A stretch of DNA of 64,000 nucleotides from Bugula neritina (lineage: Eukaryota; Animalia; Bryozoa). The DNA is taken from NCBI GenBank assembly GCA_964035545.1, contig OZ037767.1, forward strand, positions 30,892,628-30,956,627, in the 5' to 3' direction. The notes beneath the pieces were generated by a model. That model was given only the letters and a program-made list of their open reading frames with translations. It ran no database searches and was not told the origin of the DNA. Shown here one piece after another: positions 12,810 to 25,200 of the stretch (its first letter is position 1; every line of letters begins with the position of its first letter). A program made the translations under genes and the position numbers.

Positions 12810-15440
12810 GATGTGTAGACTGAGAAACAGAAAATTTGATTCTTAATCTGTAGGCTATCTAAATGTTTCTGCATAGTGACATAATGCAAGAGAGTTTACC
12901 AACGTGAATGCAGTACATAAAACCTTAGGCTAAGTCAAATGACTTGTAATTAAAGACTTTGTTCCTTGGAAATCTACAAAAAAAACATGTTTGGGACATA
13001 CTTTGTATCAAAATTATCACATGAGAACCAACAGAAGCTAAGTTACAATTTATTGATGCTTATGCAACAAGCGAACTTTTTTAATACTCTGAAGTGTAAA
13101 CCTTAATTCTTTTAGAATTCAAGATTTAGTAAATGATGTAAAAAAATTATCTCAATAATGCATTATTTTTTAAATAGACTGCAAGGATTTTAAGCAGAAC
13201 CTAAAAACCCATTACAATAAAAATCTGAATTTCTGCACTTTAATGGATGACTGGTTAAATGTATGTTTGAACATAAGACTAATGCAAAAGAGAAAAGTTC
13301 AAGGCAAATTTTGTATATCCTATTAAAGCATCCTCACTCTGGGAGAGTGTTCTTCATATTCACTTGAGTTAAGGAATATAATTAAGAAATATTTGTGATT
13401 AAATTATATCATTTACGAAGAGAATTGCAGGTTGTTGTTTCTGTGACAGAGTAGACATCAGAAGGTTATGGATTCGTAGCCCTTTGTCATGTCTAAACCC
13501 CATTAGCATGCAGTGTGCGCATAGAACGTGAAAATTCTGGTTACACAACGCAATGTTTCGTAACCGCAGGCACACTGATAAAAACAGCTGGTAAATTTCT
13601 CACCAACTTAATGCTTATGTAACTTCAAATTTATAGCTAGTCTGAAAATACTGCTACAACTTAAATTTTCAGTAGATACTTTTTTTATGAAAGTTAGATC
13701 ATGACAGTTTTTTCATTTAAATAGTCTGTAAGCTTAACAAGATAAAATAAATTATTAAACATTCATTAATTTACCTTAAAGGTTATTTTGCATTTAGTTA
13801 TATATCATCCCTTTACATTTAATATCACAAATTTAGCTATCTTAGTCTACCCAGCTCAACTAAATTATAAAAATCCTCATTTTGCAGTCCGCCAGCCAGC
13901 TAGTAAGCCGGTTGTTGAACTAATATACTAGTAAGCTATATACATTGGCTGGGAATTACCTATAAATTATACCTACATGACCAAAAAATAGAAAATATAT
14001 CTAGTAAGCTTATAACATGTCTATACAACTATACTCTTGTGCATTTAAAAAATGTTTATTGAAAGTTAGAGTTATGCTAATATAATAACTAGCTCCATAG
14101 TTTTTACAAAACCAATTGATTTACAACATGTAAGTACAAACTACATCCTTTCAAATAAATGATTGCTGTCTAATTAGCCACAGTATTCTATGTCGTCTGA
14201 AAGAGTGAAGCTTTGTGAAATTCACGACGCTAACTTTAAAACCATACCGGAATATTTCAAGTGTATAGCTCAGGAAAACTAGAGCAGACAATCTTTTTGA
14301 CATTACCAGTCATTCTGATGTGACATTATTTTTTGCTAGTGGATATTTCTACTAAGCCATGTGCTTATGCTTTTGGTATTTGTTATATTATATGTACAAT
14401 ATATAAGAACTCACATATAATATAGCTGTTACTTGCCAGGTATGAAAAGCTTATACGTTTATGACAAATACCCTTCATTATCATTGATAGCCTTCAAAAC
14501 AATATTTTCTCAGCCACGGAGTGCTTATTGTTTCAATTATAGTATGAAGACAGATGCCCCACTCTAAATAGGTCTTGAAAAGTTAAAACTTCTAAACAGA
14601 AGTCAGCTTATAGTGTAGCTATCTAATGATCACTTTGCAATTGTGTCAACTGTATTTCTTGAGCGTAGACCTACAGGCTATACATCACAATTTGTATTTA
14701 TGAGCATTTTATCTTGCAAAGACTGCATGTTCTAATTGTTCTAACTAGTGCAATGTTATACTGCAGTATTAAAATAACACATTATTAATAATTATGATTA
14801 CTATTATATACAAATAATGGTATATCATTATATACCTATACTAATATATTATTATATAATTATAATAGTATATTATTATATAACTATAATAATATATTAA
14901 TATATAACTATAACAGTATATTATTATATATAGTTATGATATTATATAGGTATAAATAGACTAGACTATACACACATGTATCGACATGCCACATGGTGCT
15001 GTTAGATATTTCATATGGTTTAGTATAAAAATTCATAGAGGCAGAAGGTTGAGTAGTATTGGCACTCTTGTATATCCTTATTATATTTCTATTGTCAGTA
15101 GTTATTGTACCTCACACACAAGAGATATTTTTTTAACTTATGAATATGAGTGCAAGATCTAAATTTATAGCCGTTAATATTAAATTAACTATAAACAATA
15201 TAGGTCAATGATCAATAAAAGCAATATTATCTGTAACATGAGCTTTTTTATTTACCAACTATTTTATTTTTTAACAAAACATATAAAAAAAGTTTTATAG
15301 AAAAAGATATAAAATGGGCATAAATTTGTAATAACACAGTAAATTTTCAGAGTTCAGCTAAGTCAATGTTTTACAGAAAGTTGTTAGCAGTTGCTATAAG
15401 AAGTAAAATTGTTAGCAGTTGCTATAGAAAGTTAAGTTGT

Positions 15441-17074
15441 TCAATTATCCAAGCAGTCTTGGGGCGTGTCAATAAAAGAATCAATATCAAATCCATTCTC
15501 CTTGAACATATTCAGATATTTCTTCATGTCCTCAGAGCTAACAGTCTTTTCCCTTGTGAGTATCCAGGCATATTGAATGTTCACCAAACCAGGTAGCTGT
15601 AAGCAAAATAAATAAATATTGACTAACATAACAATACAAATTATACTAATTGACAATAGGCTGAAAAAAACACAAGTATGTTATTGTTATATAACTTTTT
15701 TATCAATTCAAGTTAAAATGAATAAAAAACGCATCACAAAAAACTGTGTTAAAATAATCAGTAAAATATTCTGCAGGTTTTCTTTTATCTTTTATAAGTA
15801 ATGACTGGTAACAGTTTTAATAATTCAGCTAATGGGTGTAATTTAGTGAAAAATAAAAAACTTGCCTCGCTACAGCTGTAGACCAGCCCATATTTGCTAG
15901 GATCTGAGGCTAACACATTGTACTTTCCAAGTGGTGTACCTGAAAATAAACCAGATCCAAATATAATAATAATTTTCATCAGAGGTATTTATAGTGAATT
16001 CGCTCTTTTTAAAACATACACTGCCCTGAACATTTCAAGATGGCTACTAGGTAGACCACTACTTCCATCAACATGTATTCATCTAATTATATCCTCACCT
16101 GGGTTGAACTGCACCAGGCAGGCTGTAGGTATATCTTTATCACAAAATGCTTCTCCCACTCTGGAGAATCGACTTTCATTTCTAAAACCCAAAACAAAGT
16201 TGTAGGTTTGTACAAGAATAGATATCTGGTCTATATATAGCATAGACAGAACTATTGACTGGTTGCCGTGGCGACCATCCTAACTCAAATGGTGAGGAAT
16301 TCTAATTAGACTCAAGAATTCTGAACGTAGTTTAATAATTTTGATGTGACACCGAAACTATAACTATTTAAAAGCAAATACTAATCAATAAACAGCATTT
16401 CCCATGTTAGACTAGCCATTACTATAGACTGTGTAATGTGATGATGTTGGACTAGTGTATCATATTATACTAGAGAAATACTAGAGAGTAGATAACTTCT
16501 TTTTTACCAAAGATGACTCTGATAAATTTATGAATTGTCACACTACTATACTGTTTATGCAGAATAATCTGTATGATCATGAAATATATGTTATGAAAAG
16601 TAAGATATTTGCTTTACAGAATAAAAGTGCAATTATTGACAAGAACAACATAAAATGTGTGACTAGACTCAACTTACTTTACAGAGAACGCGGAGTTTTC
16701 TACTCTTACTTTACCATTCTCCTTTACGGAATACTTGGCATCAACACATTTTGACCCAGATTGGAATTTATGTGGAAATCTTTTTTGTTCATAGAATTTT
16801 CCGCTAAAATACTACAATTACAAAACAAAGTGAATTAAAAAGATTTCTTATAATTTAAAATTGGTATAAACACTATTCTCAGTTGCCTGGCATTAAAACA
16901 TATTGATACTGGTAATTTGAGTAATACTTAGGAGTTGTAATCTTCTCCTTTACTCACTTTTACAGGGTCAAAGTCCTGCTGCAATGTAACGTCGGGACAA
17001 CTCCCAAATCCTAAAATCTGACAGTTGGCTAAAGATAGAAGCCCTAGACTCAGTATAATTATTAAACTATTCAT
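15441..17074 (-). CDS. Apolipoprotein D-like lipocalin, copy C (187 aa)
   Basis: Exons 17074-16958, 16811-16678, 16181-16099, 15939-15866 (GC donor), 15596-15441 (564 nt). Signal peptide identical to copy B, and about 1 kb of upstream DNA is homologous to that of B. Confidence 0.88.
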
Positions 17075-17155
17075 TGTAGTGTCTATGTTACAGAGCAATG
17101 TGTCTTGGTTACACTCAGAGTGATAAAGACTGATTAGCTATTCCACTTTCCTCAC

Positions 17156-17218
17156 TTTTATACTAATATTTTGGACAGTGTGTTAAAGTGTGTGTACCAG
17201 TCTACTTCCTTACATAAC
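17156..17218 (-). promoter_or_regulatory. Lipocalin C proximal promoter: TATAAAA plus D-box-like site
   Basis: TATAAAA on minus at 17156-17162; GTTATGTAA on minus at 17210-17218. Confidence 0.55.
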
Positions 17219-20200
17219 TTTCAGTTCACCACATTCCAACTTATATAACTTTTAAACCAGATATTCTAACATATAATTCTTGGAGCTAAAGCTATCTAAA
17301 TAGTAGCATGTGTGACCTTATAAAATGACTTATATCCTACAATATCTGCTGCACTGCTGCAATAAAATATAGTTGTTGGACAACTGGCTAAGTAAAATGG
17401 CATGTAAATACTTGGAAATAAAGACTTAGCTCTTTAGAAATCTGCAAAGAGCGTTTTTTATGTTACAATTTGTACAATCTAACTTATCACATGAGAAATA
17501 ACATAAGTTAAGTTAACGTTAATTATTGGTGCTTGTGCAACAAGCAATTTTTCAAACTAATTTTCTCTAGAGAGCTAAATGTGGAACCCGAAAAATAGAA
17601 GCGCAATTTAATTTAAACCAAATCAGTTCTCAATAGGATGAATAAATAAATAAAAAAAAGAGCTCAAAAAGCATTGAAAGTTTACAAGAGTTTTTGGAAT
17701 ATAATATCAGCAATTAAAATTTGATTAAAATTCTGTATTTTTATTTCAATTTAGGATGAGATAGCCCACCGATTTTTAAAGTTCAAGTCCTAAAGCAAAG
17801 GTATTTTTAAAAATAAACTGCTATCATGTAGGTAAAATCGTATGCAAGCGCTTTGGCTTAAATCGATTGTATCTGTCGTTACTGCTTACAGAAAATTAGT
17901 TGGAGTCTGATTTCAAATCGTTGAAGATCTGTGTTGGCAAAAGCTGAAGATTTTGAGGAACTTTTTCATTGCTAAGTAAAAATTTGCTGTTTTATAACTA
18001 CCGGACTTTTGCACATGATCAAGTCATGCAAATAACGAGGTCATAGAATGAACGAAATAACGTAATATTTTGTAATCTGGACTACTGATAAAAGCCAGTT
18101 GGTGAACTTCCCATACCAGCTAAACTGCTTACGTAACTTTAAACATTAGCTAACCTGAAATAATTCTTTACTCATTCAAATTAGGACCCCAGATTGTGAG
18201 TGGTGCCCTTTCTACAGCAAAACTCAAGATTATTAATGATAAACATGAATAAAATTACAAATATTTGGTCTCATCTTCAAATCCATAGCCAATAATCTAT
18301 AACTTATTATTGAACTGGCTCTTCTTTAGCACAAAACAAACATGCAATCAGAGTGAGAGCTATTCATCTACATAATGTAAACATCAAATACAATAATAGA
18401 ATATATCTTACAAGTCAAACAGTCAAAACAAAAGACAAATCAATCACACCCCCATTATCTAGATTCTAGCACAAGGGAGCAAAGTGTACATCTTCTATAT
18501 TTCACAAACCCTTTTATTTGAATTAGTAAATAGTTGCAAAAGAGTGGTTATAAGTTGTTGTTTTCCTGAGTTTGACATTTTCTAAAAGCATGTCGTGATT
18601 TTGTGGATTAAAACAGTGGAGTCAATATTGATGAAGCGTGTGCTGGTATGAAGCGTAATATAAGACTGCCATGAGATCTCAGATAAAATATTGATTTAAT
18701 CTAGTGTATTCTTAGCTGCAGTCCAATATTAACAGTGGCTACGTGCACTCGAAGCAATTAGTTGGGTTTGTTATTGCTATAGCTGCCGCGTACTGACAAC
18801 AATATACAGGCTCTTTGTACTCTCAACAAGATTAGAAGACAAGCTGACAGCTTCTAGTATTAATAGCTTGTTTATGTGATAGTCTGGTATATATTGATCT
18901 CTTAAGTGTCATTACACTATGTTAGTATAGACCTAAGCTGTAACATTCAGCTGGTTAAAGGGATAATGTGAAGAGGGGCAAGTCTCCATATCAATTGGTA
19001 AGAGTATAGATGTTGGTCGTAAGCTTTCAGCTAGTAAAGATTTTTGTTAATCTTAGCATAGATGGGGCTTTCAAGTTAAGATTTTATTTTGTTCTATAAA
19101 TTCTTGAATTTCACTGGTCAAATAACTCTCGTGACTCATGGTTTGTTATGTAACTGAATGCTTCTAAATAATTTTGAGAATAGCAATCATTTGAAAAACT
19201 TTTGCAATCAAAAAATAACTCGTATAATATTAATACTTGTTTACTCAAAGGGTACGCCCGGTACTATGCTAGATGCTAGTATATTATGCTATACATGTGA
19301 AGTTGCTCATGCCGTTGCTATGTTTTGCATCTATCAGTTGTGTCGTGTATTATTATAGTTGGTAAACATCCAAACTAAAAAAAAGGAAAATTTCTTCTAT
19401 ACAGATACACAGCATAGGAGTAGTAAAATAACGACTTATTCAATAGCTATAAGACCCTATTAAGTTTAATAGATTCTTTATTATAAAACCTATTGATTGT
19501 TTTCATGGAAATCCTAATGTTCTGAAGCATTTTATATCTTGAAAGCTTTAAACTTCACAACTAATTTGTCAACAAGTACCTACAAATTATTACCGTGCTT
19601 ATCCCACTTCATTGTTCGAGGGTCAATTGTAGATTTTATTATAAAAAAAATTGTTGCAAAGACCCTGAGTTGAAGACCGGCCGTTACTATAGAAACGCAA
19701 AACAAAAAGCCCTCTTGAGATTTTGTCTTACAAAAATGACTTTATGTATTCGTGGATTCATGCCTACTGCAGCATACTTTATTATATCTAGATAATCAAT
19801 ACATTTATACACTTTGTGTTTATTAATTAGGATCTTGAACACTTTTAAAATTTCTTACAGGAAATTAACAGCTAAAACTGAGCCGTAGTTCTTATTCCAG
19901 TGTCTATATAATATTGTTGTTAGCCATAACTTTGAATTCATAAAAAATGCAATTATATTAAACGTCCATGACTTATAATGTCATAACAATTCCTAGAATA
20001 ATCATTTTATGATATGCAAGTAATTGGTTGTTAGTAATGTTTTTATTTTTTCACTGAGTTAGGAAATGTGATATAATGACGGTTTGAAGTTATGTGCAAT
20101 TTTACAGTTAGATTTCCATATATTTTCTCATTGTATGTTGTCTCCTGTGCAGCTATAAATTCTTTTTTGTATATTCGATTCCACTGCGTCACACACATTT

Positions 20201-20319
20201 AAAAGTAACTGTAGATGAATTGATATTTTCTAAAATATCATTATATTATGCCTGTCAAGCTATAATCACAAAGCTACGTTGTCTAAACATGTATCATCTA
20301 TTTATGTTTTTACAGAGTT

Positions 20320-20955
20320 ATGGCAAAGAAGCACAGAAATCGCACTGTCACCACATGCAGCACAGGAAGGTCATCAACAACACTGACCCATACAGCTAGC
20401 AACTCATTCAGCAGCAATACAGTGCTGCCAAAGATCCTTAGACCTATTCCACCAACCTGTACGGGACATGAGACCAACCCGTTGACTCGTTTGTCTAAAC
20501 AGTTGAACAGAACTTCTACTACCATGTGCTCTACTTATGAACCATTTAAAACACTTAACACCAGATCAATGCTTGCACCGTTATCAAGCAAGCCTGTGCT
20601 CAACTACCCATACAGTAGGGAGCCCAACAGACACCACCCCTCTTCAGGGTTAAATGTATGTAGAACTCTGCCAATGCCCTCAGAATATGAAACTCATATT
20701 TCTAGAATGAAGAAGGTCATGCTCAACTCCCGGCCATGTCATTTCTCAGATCAGCTGTACTCCACGCAGGATTGGCTACACAAGGATAGAGGTGGACCAA
20801 TCAGCAGAAGGTACTCTGAAGATCCGCACTCACTGCTGGACCGCTATAAGATTCGGCAGAAAACCTCTTTAGCAGAGGAGTACACTTTGAGTAGAGTGGA
20901 GAAAACTCTTGAATATCAACAACAATGTAAAGCAGTTCTTAAAGATATTCTTTAA
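20320..20955 (+). CDS. Uncharacterised 211-aa protein, single coding exon
   Basis: 636-nt ORF that is GC-richer than its flanks, preceded by a good acceptor (gtttttacag, ending 20315). No recognised domain. Confidence 0.65.
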   Translation: MAKKHRNRTVTTCSTGRSSTTLTHTASNSFSSNTVLPKILRPIPPTCTGHETNPLTRLSKQLNRTSTTMCSTYEPFKTLNTRSMLAPLSSKPVLNYPYSREPNRHHPSSGLNVCRTLPMPSEYETHISRMKKVMLNSRPCHFSDQLYSTQDWLHKDRGGPISRRYSEDPHSLLDRYKIRQKTSLAEEYTLSRVEKTLEYQQQCKAVLKDIL

Positions 20956-22280
20956 TCAAGAAAATAAGTTAGAGGCAATTGGAGTTATCATCCCAGAGTG
21001 AAATGCTCAAAATTTAGTATAGTATAAACTTCAGGCACCCAATGGTCAGATATTCATAGTAAAAACCCTTTATATGCTTTATAAAACATTAATTAATATT
21101 GAGAGAATTTAAAACATTACCTTAGAAATTATAACATTGTGCATAACAAAATATTTTATCATCTTTTGAAGTTTAAATCGTGGCATATAATTATGCTTAT
21201 AGCAGATAGCTGTACAGTTTATTTTGTCAGGTGCATATTATTTTGATTGCGACTTTTTTTCATCTTTAGTCATCTTTTCAATGAATGCATGAAAATATAG
21301 CTACTAAGTTTTAATAAGGTCTACCTTGTCTAGTTATTCATTGATAATTAGCATAGCATAGAAATGCTAAAGAAGAAAAAATCTGGAATCAAAATGAAAT
21401 AAAATAGCAACCAACTTGAATAAAGATTTTTTTCTAGCTAAATAAATAGTTTTGATAATGTGGCACTACATACTATTGTCAGTCTATTACGGGAGAACAA
21501 CTTCTTAGTGCCAGTATTTTGAAAGCTATACAGTCTGAGCTGAGAATAAACTCGCACTACCAGATCAGCATATATATTCTATAAAATATCTTATATTATA
21601 TAACAGCTACGTATAGATTTTAGTAAATATTAGTAAATACATAAAAACACATTTTCTTATTTTGAACTTAATGCCGTCATGTATTAAAATATAAAAGCAG
21701 CACAATTGAAGCTGAAAATAAATTGTCGTGAATTGATAATTAAATCAAATTTAGTATGCTACATTCCTACACATCTACTAACACAAGTCGCAATCATTAA
21801 CATACATTACTATGCCTTTATACACATATATTTGCATAGTATTAGGCTATTAGCCCGATAATACACGCTTATCATCCTAATACTTGCTTATCATCTGCTA
21901 CGCATGTGCGGGTATAACCAAGGAGCATAACCAGGCCTGTTCCACATATCACGTGCAATGTGCTATACGTCTGCAACACACCACATTAATTCTTTATGAT
22001 GAATGTAATTGGCTGATGCATCTTGTTACATACCAGCATAGAATCCAACAGCCATGCTTTAGCTCAGCATTCATTACCTACTATCATGTCTTTGCGACCA
22101 TTTCATACTTAGTCAGCCACCTAACTGATGAACTGTGCAAACTTCTACCAGCTTCTAATCTACAGTCAGCAGCAGCATTTAGTTTACGAAGGCAGCACCC
22201 AATGAGATTAAGAATCTTCAGGCAAGCATCTGATTAACTTTTGAAATACAGAAATATTTCTAAGCATCATTGTTCATCCG

Positions 22281-25200
22281 ATGAGCAGTGAAACTGGAAT
22301 ATTATTCAATAGACTAAGGACTAATAGAATAGAAATGACGAGAAGGCCTCGCTCGCGCTCCCTCACAACTATGCCTAATCTGAGAGAAATTGCTGTGGAC
22401 AGCAGCTTAGTCATGTTAGCTTTTCTCAACACAAATAATGCCCAGCACAATCGGTAAGTGAGTTACGGCAATTGTGTCTACTGCAGGTGTACTTACTCTA
22501 TGATGTACACACTGTATGATGCACACACTGTGTGATGTACTCACTGTACGATGTACACACTGTAAGACGTACACACTGTAAGACGTACACACTGTACGAT
22601 GCACACACTGTATGATGCACTCACTGCATGATGTACTCACTGTATGATGTACACACTGTATGATGTACTCACTGTATGATGTACACACTGTATGATGTAC
22701 TCACTGTGTGATGTACACACTGTATGACGTACACACTGTATGATGTACACACTGTATGATGTACTCACTGTATATGATGTACACACTGTATGATGTCCTC
22801 ACTGTATCTTTCACTACTTGACATGTACTTGCTGGACGTATGCCCATCGTAGATATTTTGATTTTCAAATAGTAAATAATTGAAAGCTAGCAGTTGGTTG
22901 CAAAAAGCTGTCCCATATCCTGCATTTAATCATTTCTTTAGGGAATAAAATGTTTTTGGGAAAACTCTTAATAGCCATCATATAAAAACACCTGATAGAT
23001 TATAGGTTACATTAAAGAAAGTACACATTTTAGTATTAAAGCTTTGAAACAAATATAATAAATAAACAGGCAAAAGAATGATTTGACTAAAACTTTTTTG
23101 CATGTACAAGCTACTTCAGAAAGCCGTGTTCTAAAAATTTTAAAGAATCCCAAATGTTTTAGCTGACTTTAAACTCTATTATGGAAAAACATCGCTTTAA
23201 CTTTCAAACAGGAAGAATTTCTAATTAAGCTCAAATTGCAAATTATATAATTCAAATAATTTGTTGCAAACGCGTTGTGTTACTTTCACTTACTAGCTAT
23301 TACATCATTAAATTGATGTTCAATAATTTCAAAAATGTTTCAAAGTTATCTCCACAAACAATACACTGCCAAACTTCTGCACAACGGCAGCACACAACAT
23401 TCTTATCTTGTAGGCAGCATTACAATAAAATACAGCTACTGCTAGATGCCTAGAGGCAGCATTCCTCAGCTGAATAATAGATACACATGTATAAAAATTA
23501 ATAGCTTGATACTTAGCTGGCAGCCATAAATCATTTATTGGAATTCCTTACTCCAACATATAATTAAGAACAAATAATTTGCATTTTCCAAACTACCATT
23601 ACTACTTCAACAATTAGCTACACATTGGCTTGTTCCCCCTTAGCAAGCTTATATAGGAAGTGCTTTAAGAACGAGTAATGCAAATAAGCCAAGAAGAAAG
23701 CATCTACACAAGTGAAAACAAATCTCCAGTAGCTGGAGGGAGTAATGACTCATACATAGTGTAGCTGTCTGGTAGATTTGTTATTAGCTACTTTGGTATT
23801 GGTGAAGCACTTATCTAGTACCATTATGTATGCCAGCTTGTCTATTTCAAATCTGCATACTATTAGTAGTTATGAGGACGCATATTTGATGGCAATAGTG
23901 ATGTAAGCAATAGTAACCATTATAGCAGTAGTAGCAGTGATAGTAATATTGATAGTGTTGGTGACAGTAATAGTGGAGGTAATGAAGTGGTGGAGAATGA
24001 ATGAGAAACTTAACATACAGCTTTGATGCCAACAGAAACTTAAGAGGTCAAGTAATAGACTGAGAGCACAGCAAAATATTCTAACATTGTGTTTCAGAGA
24101 TTCTAATAAAACTAAACAGCCCAGCTATATAAACTGGCGCATAATATAGTTGTGAGAATGCTGATTCCGGTAAGATAGTAGATACAATAACATTCCCTTG
24201 TCAGACACCCGCAGCTGTAGATTTTCATCCGAAACTCTGAAGTTATGCCAAGTAGAGATCCTAATATGAAGTATAAAGTTTTACCCTTTGAAACATACAT
24301 GTAAAATCATGCAAACAACTAGCCCTTATATTTCACACACCTTCATCTGAAGGAGCCTGTAATCATGTTGAAAGTTACTCAATGAAATAGTCATCACCAA
24401 TGTTTATATTATAGCTTAACAAGTTGGTTGCAATAGCATGTGCTAAGCATACATTCCACATTGTGGGCAAACATAATGTAAGGAAAATAAATGGTAGGCT
24501 ATAGTGAGTAGAGAAGTTAGGTCTTGTTATTATATTATACTATATAGTATACTGTTTATAATACTATTTCATAATATATAGTATATTATAGTATACTGAT
24601 TATAATATTATTGCATATAATATAATGGTTGTAATATATAGTAAACTGATTATAATATATAGTAAACTGGTTTGTGTTGTAGAATTCAGTTTGGAGAGCC
24701 ACTGAGCTCAACCTTTAAAGACGACAGAATTCCCCAGCCCCTGTTGGTATGTGATTCTAGGTGTATCATTTAGCTAGGTAATTACCTGCTAGTTATACAC
24801 ATTGATATCTCATCATTATCCACGTAAATACCCAGAATGATGAGAGATCAATGAGAAACAGCTCCACTGACGGCAGCCCAATGACGCACCATAATCAGCT
24901 ATAAACGTAAATAAGATTTCAATCAGAGTAACTGATCATTCAGAGTGATAGCTGGTTAGTCATGTGACCCACATCATGTGACCTCCTTCAAGTAATTCGT
25001 AAAGCACATGTCATGTCACATGGTCTGGTTCATTGTTCAGTGCTTATTTAACAAAGCATACTTTACAAAAATTTATTTATATTTTATTATCCTCTATTGA
25101 TGTATAGCATGCTATTAGTTTGGCAGCAAGAGTCCTGGGGGGGGGGGGGTGTACTCGATCACTCAAATGGCACATCAGGGCTCCAGACTGGAGAGCTGAA

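Noticed and set aside
13100-19900. Short AT-rich ORFs in the lipocalin intergenic regions and tRNA/rRNA-like sequences
   Set aside because: The ORFs are antisense to real exons or have non-coding composition; no RNA-gene structure was recognised anywhere in the window.
22416-22806. Regular repeat array resembling CRISPR or a repeat protein
   Set aside because: Head-to-tail 16-bp units with no unique spacers, inside an intron of a eukaryotic gene. The same applies to the arrays at 33510, 34807 and 50121.
25136-25149. G14 run as a G-quadruplex element
   Set aside because: An isolated intronic homopolymer with no supporting context.
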